A DNA stretch of 64,000 bases from an uncultured Candidatus Saccharibacteria bacterium (GTDB lineage: Bacteria > Patescibacteriota > Doudnabacteria > UBA920), in assembly GCA_964483665.1 (NCBI GenBank), contig CAZACP010000005.1, positions 1,910 to 65,909 of the forward strand. Direction: 5' to 3'. The stretch's first letter is position 1. Each line of letters starts with the position of its first letter. Position numbers and translations under genes: made by a program. Under the pieces are notes generated by a model. It was not told the origin of the DNA and ran no database searches. It was given only the letters and a program-made list of their open reading frames with translations. Positions 1 through 9,271 of the stretch are shown here, one piece after another.

Positions 1-588
1 CTATATTTCTTTTTTAACTAAATATCTGTTTATAGCCCAGAGACCGGCTACAATAAATGCCACCAACAGAACAATAAACACAATTCGGAATGGTTTTGCC
101 ACAAGCGTATAAATGTTGCCAAAGAAGTACCCGAGCAGCATAAGCAGCGCTGTCCAAATAAAGCCCCCGGCTAAATTTAATAGCGCGTATTTTTTAACCG
201 GTACCTTAAGCATGCCGGCTACAAGCAAAGTAGCCAGGGCAAAACCAAAGCCCATGGTTATTTTGGAAATAAACAGAATTCGCGCGTGGTAGGTGTGAAA
301 GCGTTTTTCTATTTTTCCAATTATTTCCGGGGTAATGTTAAAGAAGTGTCCGTATTTGTCTATAAGTTTTCGCGCGCCGTGTCTGCCTATAGCGTACCAT
401 ACCATATCTGCGGTAAAGTCACCGGCCATAAGCGTCAAATAGGCGGGGAGGAGTTCTAGTTGCCCCAGGCGCAGAAAAAAGCCTGAGGTAAGCATTAAAA
501 CCGGCCCTTCCACTATAGCGCCTAAAAACAGGAGAATGTAGCGGGAGGAATGTACAAAATCTAGCAGTGAGTAAAAAACAGCAGGCAT
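1..588 (-). CDS. DedA/SNARE-associated family membrane protein
   Basis: Hydrophobic 195 aa ORF with DedA-like EGP...GD...Y.IGR motifs. Confidence 0.8.
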   Translation of the reverse strand: MPAVFYSLLDFVHSSRYILLFLGAIVEGPVLMLTSGFFLRLGQLELLPAYLTLMAGDFTADMVWYAIGRHGARKLIDKYGHFFNITPEIIGKIEKRFHTYHARILFISKITMGFGFALATLLVAGMLKVPVKKYALLNLAGGFIWTALLMLLGYFFGNIYTLVAKPFRIVFIVLLVAFIVAGLWAINRYLVKKEI

Positions 589-1200
589 TTAGGCTGTGTG
601 GTGTTCGTGAGTATGGTCGTGGCTGGCAAAGTTTTTTTGCATCCATTTTGCCAGCATTAAAGACCAAATGTAGCTGACTATTAAAACCAGCAATAAGGCA
701 ACCCCGGCGCCTTTGGTTAAGAGGCTAATTTTTTTGTCGGTTTCGCTTAAGCTTCTGGCTGTAAGAATAAAGCCGTTTTGTTTTCCGGTGTAGTGTTTAA
801 GCACGGCAGCAAAGCGCTGGCCGGTTTTAGGCTGCCAGGTAAAGCGGTTGTCTGGCATTTTTCTTGCCGCTGCAAAAGCTCCGGCCGGAAGCTGGGGGAG
901 TTCGCCGTTTAGGTAGCCATTGCCAACAACCGGCTTGCCGGTGTCATCATATACCACTAAAAACGGGTTGGAAGTTTGAGTAATATCTGTTTGGCCTAAA
1001 CTGCCGCCAATTAAGCTTAAATCGTCCACCTGGCTTAAGTCTTTTATAGCTTCTGTTGCCATTTGCGCTTGCGGATCGTTGGCACTAAGCCTGTAGTTTT
1101 GCTGAACTGACCAGTAGCTAAAGCCTGTAAGTAAAATGGCGGTTAAGGCTATGGGCAGCCAGAGGCCAAGAGCTAAACTTGAGATTTTTGATTTAGTCAT
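589..1200 (-). CDS. Two-TM membrane protein with extracytoplasmic sensor-like domain
   Basis: N- and C-terminal hydrophobic helices flanking a soluble domain. Confidence 0.55.
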   Translation of the reverse strand: MTKSKISSLALGLWLPIALTAILLTGFSYWSVQQNYRLSANDPQAQMATEAIKDLSQVDDLSLIGGSLGQTDITQTSNPFLVVYDDTGKPVVGNGYLNGELPQLPAGAFAAARKMPDNRFTWQPKTGQRFAAVLKHYTGKQNGFILTARSLSETDKKISLLTKGAGVALLLVLIVSYIWSLMLAKWMQKNFASHDHTHEHHTA

Positions 1201-1245
1201 ATTTATTGGTTACTTAGGACTAAAGTCCTATTACTATATTAATGG

Positions 1246-1509
1246 TTAATTTATTATACCAGATATCTTAGCTTTGTTAAGCAACTCGACTTTTTTGCTT
1301 TTCGGCCATTTTTTGACCTCGATTTCGCGTTTGAGGGCCTTACTTTTATTTCTAAATTTTTCCGAGTAGACAATTTTGCCTCCGCCGCGGCTGCGCACGT
1401 ACTTAGAGCCTTTGCCTTGATTATGCAAAGCTTCGCGCTTCTCTAAATTGTCGGTATAACCGCAGTAAAGGCTTTTGTCTTTGCATTTTAAAATGTAAAA
1501 GTAATGCAT
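1246..1509 (-). CDS. Small GIY-YIG nuclease family protein (UPF0213-like)
   Basis: YFYIL..LYCGYT..LEKR..HN..G...ALKRE..VK motifs. Confidence 0.85.
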   Translation of the reverse strand: MHYFYILKCKDKSLYCGYTDNLEKREALHNQGKGSKYVRSRGGGKIVYSEKFRNKSKALKREIEVKKWPKSKKVELLNKAKISGIIN

Positions 1510-1513
1510 ACAA

Positions 1514-2200
1514 TTATTTTAAAATAGCCAAAGGGTCAAGCCAATTGCTAAGCTGCTCTTTGTTTTGTACATAGCCTAACAAGCTTATGTTTTCGCCTTT
1601 ATGAATGCTTAAGTGAAGGTGTTTTCTTTCAAAGTCGGTTTCCTTGGTATAACCTTTTCCTAAAACACCAATTATATTGCCGGCTTTTAATTCATAACTT
1701 CCGCCGGCTGGCGGATTATTTTTTACGCTGTCTATGTTTAGGTGGCCGTACAGCACTGTAACATTTTGTCCTTCCAGCTGGCAGCCTTGAATTACAACTC
1801 CGCCATAGCCTGAGACCCATTTTTTTTGTAAAATTTTGCCGCTGCAAACAGCGGTTATGTAAACCTCGGTATTTTGTTCTTCTGCCGCTGCCTCAAAGTC
1901 CACACCTGTGTGATAACCATAAAAGCGCTCTGGACTTACAGGGGAATTTTCCTTGGTAATATATATGCCAAAAGGTTTTTTAGTCACCCTATTTTTTGCT
2001 TCTGAAATCGGGAATTGCCATTCTATATTTGTAGTAGGCGTGGGCGTGGGTTCTTCTGTTTTTGTGGGGGAGGGAGTAGGTGTGTTTTCTGTTAATGTAA
2101 CAGGTTTAGGCTGAATATTTTCCTCGCGTTTAAGCTGGTAAGTATACAAACCATACAAAAGCAAGATGCAAATTATACTTCCGGCTATTTTTTTAAGCAT
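1514..2200 (-). CDS. M23 family metallopeptidase with N-terminal anchor and Pro/Thr linker
   Basis: HTGVD, YGHL and HLH motifs. Confidence 0.85.
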   Translation of the reverse strand: MLKKIAGSIICILLLYGLYTYQLKREENIQPKPVTLTENTPTPSPTKTEEPTPTPTTNIEWQFPISEAKNRVTKKPFGIYITKENSPVSPERFYGYHTGVDFEAAAEEQNTEVYITAVCSGKILQKKWVSGYGGVVIQGCQLEGQNVTVLYGHLNIDSVKNNPPAGGSYELKAGNIIGVLGKGYTKETDFERKHLHLSIHKGENISLLGYVQNKEQLSNWLDPLAILK

Positions 2201-2222
2201 ACGGTTATTATAGCAAAAACCC

Positions 2223-2251
2223 TTGAAAAAATAAGGTGAATATGGTAGAAT
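2223..2251 (+). promoter_or_regulatory. sigma70-type promoter of tRNA-Glu
   Basis: TTGAAA-17 nt-TAGAAT with extended TG, just upstream of the tRNA. Confidence 0.55.
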
Positions 2252-2267
2252 ACGTAAAGTTTTACGA

Positions 2268-2342
2268 GGCGCTATCGTCTAATGGTTAGGACAAGTGGTT
2301 TTCATCCACTAAATCGGAGTTCGATTCTCCGTAGCGCTACCA
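2268..2342 (+). tRNA. tRNA-Glu(TTC)
   Basis: Cloverleaf with GGCGCTA/TAGCGCT acceptor, AGTGG-TTTTCAT-CCACT anticodon arm, GTTCGAT T-loop, encoded CCA. Confidence 0.95.
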
Positions 2343-3835
2343 AAGTTAACTTTCACTCTGTCGGCAATTACACGAAATTCATTTTTCCAAATAACCGCAA
2401 TAGTTTTATCGCTCTCCGAAGATTGCCAAGACAGGTTTTCCACTAAAGAACGAATAAGCAAACGTTTTTTCTCATCAGAAGCCATCCGATAAGCCAGGGA
2501 TGGCTTTTTGAGTAGTTTTCCAATTTTAGCAATGTGGTTCATAGTTTCTGTATCGGCCTTCTCCAAAGACATCCTTCGTTCACATAATTCTTTGTCCTTG
2601 TTAACCAAATTGGAGCTTGCATGTTTATATTCTTCTTCTGGTATGGTTCCGTTTAGACAAAGAGTTAACAATTTATCTTTTTCCAATCTAATTTTGGACA
2701 ATTCTAAGTCAACCGCTTTAATTTGAGTTAAGCGGTTTAAAGATAAGTCTGCCCTAAACTTAGCTACAGCCCTTAAAAATACAGTAGTTTCCTTTTCAGT
2801 AAACTCAATGTCGCATAAGGATTTAAAAAACTGGTCTTCTATAAACTCTTCTTTTATATTGCACTTGCAGCCAAACCTGCAGTTATAGTATTTGTACCTA
2901 TCACGTGCCGATATAGACCTTAGCTTTTTACCACAAAACGGACACGCCATTAAACCACCAAAAATATAAACAAATTTACGCTGGTGCTTGTAGCTTCTGC
3001 CGTCTAATACTTTTTGGACTTGGTCAAATAAGGCTTTGGTTATTATTGGCTGGTGTGAGCCGCGCTTGAGTGCTTTTTTAAATTTAAATACACCATAATA
3101 GAATGGATTGCGTAGTGTTTTGTATAGCGCCTTAGGATTTAGCGGTTTGGCCGGGTTAGTTTTAGTTCCTTTAGTCATTAAACCCATTTTGGTTAACTGT
3201 TTATGTAAGGCATCAATGCTGTAATTGCCAGTTGAGTAAATTTCAAATGCTCGTTTAACAATGCCGCTCATGACAGGATCTGGTTCTTTAACTCCTTTGC
3301 CTTTGTCCAAATAACCAATAGGTGCTCGTGTAGGACATCTACCGTCTTCCACCATGCCGTTTATGCCTTTATGAATTTCGTGCCGTAAGTTGTCTACGTA
3401 AAATTTTGCAAAACCTACCTGAATGGAAAACAACCGCCAATTTTCATTTTTACTGCTAATACCATCTGAAACAAAATGAATTTCAAAACCTTCCTTGGCC
3501 AAGTCTTCCAAAATTATTGCATCTTTAAAATTCCTTGTAGAACGGTCAATTTTGTGAAAGATTAAGCCTTTGCCTTTGTTTTCTCTTAAGTCTTTTACCA
3601 TTTCTTTAAAAATTTTTCTGTCATCACTTTTAGCGCTTTCAGTTTCTCGGTAAAATGGCTCTTTAATTTGTAAATTATTCCGGCGAGCGTAATCTTTTAA
3701 TTGACGCGCTTGTTCGTTAAGGCTTTCGCCTTCCGCCTGTTCCTTACTGGAAACTCTTACGTAGCAGTAGTAAATATTTTGGTTATTTTCTTTTTGCATA
3801 TATTTTTGACTGCTTGGCAAATTCTGTTCTGGCAA
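2309..3835 (-). CDS. Large serine recombinase/integrase (resolvase + recombinase + zinc ribbon); likely start ATG at 3799; 3' end overlaps tRNA-Glu
   Basis: YVRVSS catalytic Ser motif, KIDRSTR, PIGY, NPFYYG, CPFC...YYNC zinc ribbon, coiled coil. Confidence 0.92.
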   Translation of the reverse strand: MPEQNLPSSQKYMQKENNQNIYYCYVRVSSKEQAEGESLNEQARQLKDYARRNNLQIKEPFYRETESAKSDDRKIFKEMVKDLRENKGKGLIFHKIDRSTRNFKDAIILEDLAKEGFEIHFVSDGISSKNENWRLFSIQVGFAKFYVDNLRHEIHKGINGMVEDGRCPTRAPIGYLDKGKGVKEPDPVMSGIVKRAFEIYSTGNYSIDALHKQLTKMGLMTKGTKTNPAKPLNPKALYKTLRNPFYYGVFKFKKALKRGSHQPIITKALFDQVQKVLDGRSYKHQRKFVYIFGGLMACPFCGKKLRSISARDRYKYYNCRFGCKCNIKEEFIEDQFFKSLCDIEFTEKETTVFLRAVAKFRADLSLNRLTQIKAVDLELSKIRLEKDKLLTLCLNGTIPEEEYKHASSNLVNKDKELCERRMSLEKADTETMNHIAKIGKLLKKPSLAYRMASDEKKRLLIRSLVENLSWQSSESDKTIAVIWKNEFRVIADRVKVNFGSATENRTPI

Positions 3836-3977
3836 ACTTTATTCCTTTTAGCAAACTATGCGCCTTTTCAAACTCGCCTGACATAATGCAGGTTTTACGC
3901 TCCTGCTCCATTTGTCGAATTTGACCAGCCGCCGCTTTTAACCACTCCATGCGCTCGGCTCTTGAGGCAAACTTCAT
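3783..3977 (-). CDS. Small hypothetical protein directly upstream of the integrase (candidate directionality factor)
   Basis: Basic helical ORF from ATG 3977 overlapping the integrase start; function inferred from position only. Confidence 0.4.
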   Translation of the reverse strand: MKFASRAERMEWLKAAAGQIRQMEQERKTCIMSGEFEKAHSLLKGIKFARTEFAKQSKIYAKRK

Positions 3978-4192
3978 AAGTACCAAAATTAAAACGCCAG
4001 ACCTGAAACTGCTTTTGTTGCTACACAAACACAGTGGTCTGACGTTTAATTTAGAATACTCTAAACTAATGGCCGTTTCAAGCCGTGTTTGTGTAGCAAA
4101 TTAATTATAATATACGGTGCACCGGTGTACATAGCTGAAATTTTGTGTTGGTTTTACTAGTTATAATTGTTAACCTCGTTAACCTAGTTAAC

Positions 4193-5647
4193 TTAAGGGA
4201 GTAGCGGTGTTTGGTCTTCCATTTCCTCTTTTTCTGTACCTAACATGGTTTTTGTTATGCCGTAATACTCTGCTAAATCATGAATTCGTTTATACTCTGA
4301 TGCAGGAACGCTGAATCCTGTTGAATCTCTAAACTTCTTTATGCCTAGCTTGGAAATTATCGTGCCAATCCTTTTGGCCGAAACTACGTAATTCTGGCTA
4401 ACAAGCATTTGTCCGGTTTCTTCGCTTTTGTAATGGGAGTCCGGACGGTCGTTATATTCGTTGTAGAATTTACGGCTATACCAATCAGCAACTTCCTTTA
4501 TACGAATTTTTTTGACGTATGCTTGGTTTTTATCTTTAGCTAACATCTCTTGTAGACAAATAAGTACTTCCGTTTCAAAAGAGTTGTGCAACTGAGACTT
4601 CAATTCGTTGTCTGCTTTAATGCCAAATTCCAAAACTTTATTAACCACGTCTTCGCCTATCAATGCCGCTACTGTTAACATTGCGCTAAAGGTTTGTTTC
4701 ACTCTTGGGGTTTTTATTTTGTCTGTGTATTGCTCAGTAATTTCAACCTTGCCATAATTACTAAATCTGAAAGCAAGAAGCATCCTGCGTAGAAATGCAG
4801 CTATGTCCTCGTTGTCCTTAGACATTGTAATTGGGAAGCCATTTGCTTTGCCGTGATACAGCCACTGTGTTATACAACGACTCTCAAGTGCTTGGTCTCC
4901 AAAGCGTTCTCGTGATGCTAAAATTTTCGGACCAAAAACATCAAAGACTACCGTCTTAAAAGTGCCATCTTTTTTAGGCTCCATTCTCAGGACCGGAAAA
5001 TTCTTTATGTGCCCAGCGTTTAGAATTTTTACGATAATTGACCACATATCCGAATTTTTAAAGTCTGTTTCGTCAAAAACCATAGTACCTTTAATTTGGT
5101 TTAAAGTTCGGAATATTGCCGAATTAGAAGCGGGTCCGCCAAAAAACATAGCCTTATAACAAAGACTACCGACTACTTCTAAAAATCTGGTTTTACCGCT
5201 TCCGAAACCTCCTATAACTCGGAGATAAGGCACAACAGGAAACTTGTCATAAACCCAAGTCATCATTATGTATATGGCCGCTATGGTATAAAATTCTTCG
5301 GGTAAAAATATCCACTTTTTTAAGTGCATCTTAATCGCGGCAAATAACCTATGGTTATCTCCGTAACCTTCAATGTCATTTGGCAATTTCAGAAAGCCGG
5401 ATTTTAACATTTGGTCTGTAGGTGGCCAGGGCAAAATTTTATCCTGCTCGGTATTAATAAGTTCTACGAATTTCACTTCCTCTAAATTTGCTGATTGTCC
5501 GTTTGAAACCACAAATCCGGTTGTGTTAGATTCGGGCTTGTAAAACATTTCCACTAACGAACCATCACTTAAGATGTCTGAAATTTTATAGACATCAGGG
5601 ATTGTTTTGTCCATGTTTAATATCTCCTTTCGCAGCAGCCAGCTCAT
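4193..5647 (-). CDS. P-loop ATPase, phage/plasmid primase-helicase-like replication protein
   Basis: Walker A GGFGSGKT, Walker B MVFDE, ESRC arginine-finger-like motif. Confidence 0.65.
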   Translation of the reverse strand: MSWLLRKEILNMDKTIPDVYKISDILSDGSLVEMFYKPESNTTGFVVSNGQSANLEEVKFVELINTEQDKILPWPPTDQMLKSGFLKLPNDIEGYGDNHRLFAAIKMHLKKWIFLPEEFYTIAAIYIMMTWVYDKFPVVPYLRVIGGFGSGKTRFLEVVGSLCYKAMFFGGPASNSAIFRTLNQIKGTMVFDETDFKNSDMWSIIVKILNAGHIKNFPVLRMEPKKDGTFKTVVFDVFGPKILASRERFGDQALESRCITQWLYHGKANGFPITMSKDNEDIAAFLRRMLLAFRFSNYGKVEITEQYTDKIKTPRVKQTFSAMLTVAALIGEDVVNKVLEFGIKADNELKSQLHNSFETEVLICLQEMLAKDKNQAYVKKIRIKEVADWYSRKFYNEYNDRPDSHYKSEETGQMLVSQNYVVSAKRIGTIISKLGIKKFRDSTGFSVPASEYKRIHDLAEYYGITKTMLGTEKEEMEDQTPLLP

Positions 5648-5777
5648 CGTAAATTTCCAAAATACTGCGCGTGTATCCTAGAAGAGTTTCCGAAAGTTGG
5701 CTGCTGTCATTAATTATTTCTTCCGCAGAATCTGCAGAATTTTTAAAGTTTTCTTCTCGCATAAGTTGTGGACGCAA
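5595..5777 (-). CDS. Small hypothetical protein
   Basis: 60 aa ORF overlapping the start of the ATPase gene. Confidence 0.3.
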   Translation of the reverse strand: MRPQLMREENFKNSADSAEEIINDSSQLSETLLGYTRSILEIYDELAAAKGDIKHGQNNP

Positions 5778-6451
5778 AAAAAGACCTAAGAGCTATGCAC
5801 ACCAAAGGTGCATATAACTCTTAGGTCTCTAATACCTACCCGTTATTTGGGATTTACAGCTGACACCTAGTATAATTTCTTACCTAGATGTTCGATGCCG
5901 GTTTGCACCGGTAAACAAGCTAACTGCTTGTAAGATGAACGGTGGATTCCCGTTCGCCACTTATGGCTTTTAAAGCCACAAGATTCCAACAACTGTAAAT
6001 TTTCTATTTTTATTATACTCCATCGGTTTAGAGTGTCAAGTTTTTTTGCAAATTTATAAAAATTTTATTAACTTGGTGAACATTGTTAACTTCTAAACAC
6101 TTATAGCAGCCACCATAGGTAGAAATCCTAACGCTTAATATAAATCTATACTGTGCTAAATAAAAATGTACCGAGACTGTCCTGGTGCTTCCGGCAATGC
6201 CGTAAACTGTAAGCCGGTGGTGAATATTTACAAAATGGCCTATTTTTAATACAATATAGCTACAACAAAGCCTAAACCAACAGCTAAAAACTGATGGCAT
6301 GGCGCAATAAAGGTTAATCACCGTGAAGCACAATGACAGCCATCTGTCTTGCCTTTACGCTTCACGGTGTAGCCAGGGAAACCTGGTTTGGCAAGCGGGT
6401 GGCCCTTTTTGTTAGCCACTAGCTTGCAGCATTACAATTAACAATAATAAA

Positions 6452-6775
6452 ATGCTCACAAGCTTTTTGTTAATAGCAACAGCTATTATATTAGTTTCCG
6501 CAAAACTAATTAAAAATGTGGTTATAAAATATAAATTAAAAAATTCTAAACTTGTGCAAAATAAAGAAAACCTGCAGTGCCAGGCATGCGGTTTAGAATT
6601 TCATAAAGATAAATTTTTAGCTCACGTGTTAGATACTGCGACTTTTGATGAAATGGAAATAAAAGAATCTCCGCTTATAAATTTACTTTCTCTAAATAAA
6701 CATAAATATTATATTGGTAAAGCGATTGCTGAAACACAAAAAGCTGGTGGCAACTTGCAGGCTATTAGCGATTAG
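6452..6775 (+). CDS. Hypothetical protein with N-terminal TM and zinc-finger-like motif
   Basis: Hydrophobic N-terminus; CQAC...F.....L..H. Confidence 0.45.
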   Translation: MLTSFLLIATAIILVSAKLIKNVVIKYKLKNSKLVQNKENLQCQACGLEFHKDKFLAHVLDTATFDEMEIKESPLINLLSLNKHKYYIGKAIAETQKAGGNLQAISD

Positions 6776-7091
6776 TTGCCTGACTGTTTCTGGCTTTGAT
6801 ATTATTGATAATTTCTTTAAGTTGCGAACTCTGCTCCTGCAGTTTTTGTCGTTCCTGCTGATCGCTAATTTCCAAAAAAGCATTCGCCTTGCCAAATATC
6901 CTGTCCAGCAGTTCCTTTACGGCCGGAATATTGCCTTCGGATGCCTGTTTAATTAAAGCGGCCACTATTGGCCCTTTATTTTTTATAGTTTCTTCAATTA
7001 TATGTTGCCTCAGCGCTTCAGCCTCCAAAGTGTGAGCCGCTTTGCTTCCTTGTGGCCTGCCTGCACCGGTGCGCTTTCCGCCATGTGCCAT
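6765..7091 (-). CDS. Phage terminase small subunit-like protein
   Basis: N-terminal GGKRTGAGRPQGS motif and GN..A.KELLDR..GK motif typical of TerS-like proteins. Confidence 0.6.
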   Translation of the reverse strand: MAHGGKRTGAGRPQGSKAAHTLEAEALRQHIIEETIKNKGPIVAALIKQASEGNIPAVKELLDRIFGKANAFLEISDQQERQKLQEQSSQLKEIINNIKARNSQATNR

Positions 7092-7230
7092 AAACTTGAG
7101 TAAAGAATCAAATAATCAAGTTTATCCTATTATTAAGGTTAAAAATTGTACAATTTATAGCTTTTGCACCTGTGGATATTTAAGTGTAAGCTTTTAAATA
7201 TCCTTGATTTTATTGGAAAAAATAAATTAT

Positions 7231-7259
7231 TTGACATAAAATATTCCTTCAGGCATACT
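7231..7259 (+). promoter_or_regulatory. sigma70-type promoter of the XRE regulator (near-leaderless transcript)
   Basis: TTGACA-17 nt-CATACT, ATG at 7269. Confidence 0.5.
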
Positions 7260-7268
7260 AATATTGCT

Positions 7269-7604
7269 ATGAGAAACATAAGCGACCTAGTAAAAAATCA
7301 ACGCACCAAGTTAGGCTTAACAATGGAAGAGGTAGGGGAAAAAGCGAAGCTATCACAAGGATTTGTGTCTAAATTAGAAAAAGGAGACTATAGCGCGGAA
7401 AGTTTGTCCTTGGACACAATAATTCGCCTTGCCGATGCTCTTAAATTAAAGGTTAAAGATTTTCTTGATGACCTTAAAGTTATCGAGTCCGACCAAGCCC
7501 CCTCATTAAATGTATATTTACGACAAAAGTACGACATCCAAAATACGAAAGATGTCCAAATGATTGAAGATATAATTAATAGGTTTATTAATAATAAGCA
7601 ATGA
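7269..7604 (+). CDS. XRE-family HTH transcriptional regulator (ImmR-like)
   Basis: R..LGLTMEEVGEKAKLSQGFVSKLEKG HTH; start moved to ATG 7269. Confidence 0.85.
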   Translation: MRNISDLVKNQRTKLGLTMEEVGEKAKLSQGFVSKLEKGDYSAESLSLDTIIRLADALKLKVKDFLDDLKVIESDQAPSLNVYLRQKYDIQNTKDVQMIEDIINRFINNKQ

Positions 7605-8113
7605 AGTTTTCGCAGGTCAACCAAAAAGCGGAGCAAACCGCCGCATCAATAATATCAGCCATTGGCAAAGACGAACCGTCCTTGGCTGATTTAATTGCTT
7701 GGTTAACTGAAAATTTTGGAATAAAATTTGAAATTTCTAAAATGGATTTATCCAACCACCCTGTATGCGGTTTGGTATTTCAAAATCCGGCCACGCGAGC
7801 TCATAAAGTAGTTGTTGACCGAAACGATTCAGCAGAAAGGCAGAGGTTTAGCGTATGTCACGAACTCGCTCATATACTGCGGGAAAAGGAATTAGTTTTT
7901 GGTTTTTTTAATGGGGATTTACAAAATCAAGACTATGAAGAACGATTTTGCAACCGCTTTGCCGCGGCTTACCTGATGCCTGAAAAATCTTTTCGGGCAA
8001 AATGGGCATCAACTTCAGAAAACTTTTTAATCAAACGCTACGCAATAGCAGAGTATTTTGGTGTATCAAAAGAAACAGTAATGTACCGAGCATTAGAACT
8101 TGGGCTCCAATAA
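7601..8113 (+). CDS. ImmA/IrrE family metallopeptidase
   Basis: RQRFSVCHELAH (HExxH) and E..CN.FAAAYLMP motifs. Confidence 0.9.
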   Translation: MKFSQVNQKAEQTAASIISAIGKDEPSLADLIAWLTENFGIKFEISKMDLSNHPVCGLVFQNPATRAHKVVVDRNDSAERQRFSVCHELAHILREKELVFGFFNGDLQNQDYEERFCNRFAAAYLMPEKSFRAKWASTSENFLIKRYAIAEYFGVSKETVMYRALELGLQ

Positions 8114-8387
8114 AACTTCTATGAATAAAACTAACATAAATAATACACTTTTAATTATCTGTTTGAACGGTAAAGCCGATGTTTTTACCAATATTTTAAA
8201 AGTCAAAAAAAGCCGCTAAAATTTAGCGGATTTTTTGGGCGTTTAAATCGGAGAAGGGGCTATCCTTCCCGAAAAACCCTGATCGATTTCTTCGAAAAGC
8301 TAGCTATGCAAGAGAAAGCTGTGATATGTTTTACTCTATCATATCTGACGCCTTTAAGCAACTAATTCCTACAGGACCAACTCTTAT

Positions 8388-8528
8388 ATGAGCGAATCCA
8401 AAACCAGCCTTCGTGGCCGGGACGCAAAGACGGGAGAATTCACTACTGTGGAGGAAGCACGCCGCTACCCCACTACTCACGTCGTTGAGCGCGTTCCCAA
8501 GCCCGGTTATGGCGACACAAAAGATTAA
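8388..8528 (+). CDS. 46 aa small protein (MSESKTSLRGRDAKTGEFTTVEEARRYPTTHVVERVPKPGYGDTKD), absent from the ORF track
   Basis: ATG 8388 to TAA 8528 with AGGA upstream; GRDAKTG.F motif resembles a small-protein family from recall only. Confidence 0.65.
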   Translation: MSESKTSLRGRDAKTGEFTTVEEARRYPTTHVVERVPKPGYGDTKD

Positions 8529-8599
8529 TCTGGTATAGCTATTAGTACCAAGGCCGCCTTTGGGAAGGAAGGCGGCTTTAAAAACGGTATTTAGATTAT

Positions 8600-8791
8600 A
8601 TGAATAGCATTTCTTCACCACACAAATTAATAGGGAGCTTAACCCATTGGACTTTCCGACTCCTAATTATTTTAGTTTGCAAACTTTTTGGTATTGAAAT
8701 GTCGCAATGGTTGGAAAGAAAGCTGGCCTATGCCTTAACAGGAATATTTTTGGTTTCCATTGGTGCATGGTCGTATATTAAGTGGTTATAA
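8600..8791 (+). CDS. Small membrane protein
   Basis: 63 aa ORF with two hydrophobic segments, co-oriented with neighbours. Confidence 0.4.
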   Translation: MNSISSPHKLIGSLTHWTFRLLIILVCKLFGIEMSQWLERKLAYALTGIFLVSIGAWSYIKWL

Positions 8792-8797
8792 CAGATA

Positions 8798-9271
8798 ATG
8801 ACTAAAGACGAACTAATCAAAAAAATAGAAGACAATCCTGAATTTACAGAAGAACAATGGGAGTCTGAAATGCAATCACCTGGAATACAAGTAGAACTTA
8901 CCAGCGGTCCTTTTTCATTTGGCAAGTCACTACCTTGTCCGGTTTGCGAAGTGGTAGGATTCTATGGGCCACGAGTAGCCGGTCAGAGGAAATATAGGGC
9001 TTGTAAGTTCTGCGGTTTTTGGCAGGAAGTACCTAAAGAGCCGCTAACGATTTGGGGTAATAAAGGATATCGCTGTACCCATATTTATTGCCCAAACGGA
9101 CATGAATATGATTGGGTACATCCAAATATAAATGAGTTCAGAAATTGCAAGACATGCAACGCTAAATTGGAAAAAACGGACTGGGCTTCGGATAATCCAA
9201 ATCATCCTTTCCAAAATATAAAGTTAGTAATTACCAATTTTTTAAAAACCCAAACAGCAGCTAATGAATAG
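8798..9271 (+). CDS. Hypothetical zinc-ribbon protein
   Basis: CPVC, CKFC, CPNGH, CKTC motifs. Confidence 0.6.
   Translation: MTKDELIKKIEDNPEFTEEQWESEMQSPGIQVELTSGPFSFGKSLPCPVCEVVGFYGPRVAGQRKYRACKFCGFWQEVPKEPLTIWGNKGYRCTHIYCPNGHEYDWVHPNINEFRNCKTCNAKLEKTDWASDNPNHPFQNIKLVITNFLKTQTAANE

Noticed and set aside
8331-8621. 96 aa minus-strand ORF
   Set aside because: Antisense to the more plausible 46 aa ORF and opposite to all neighbours.
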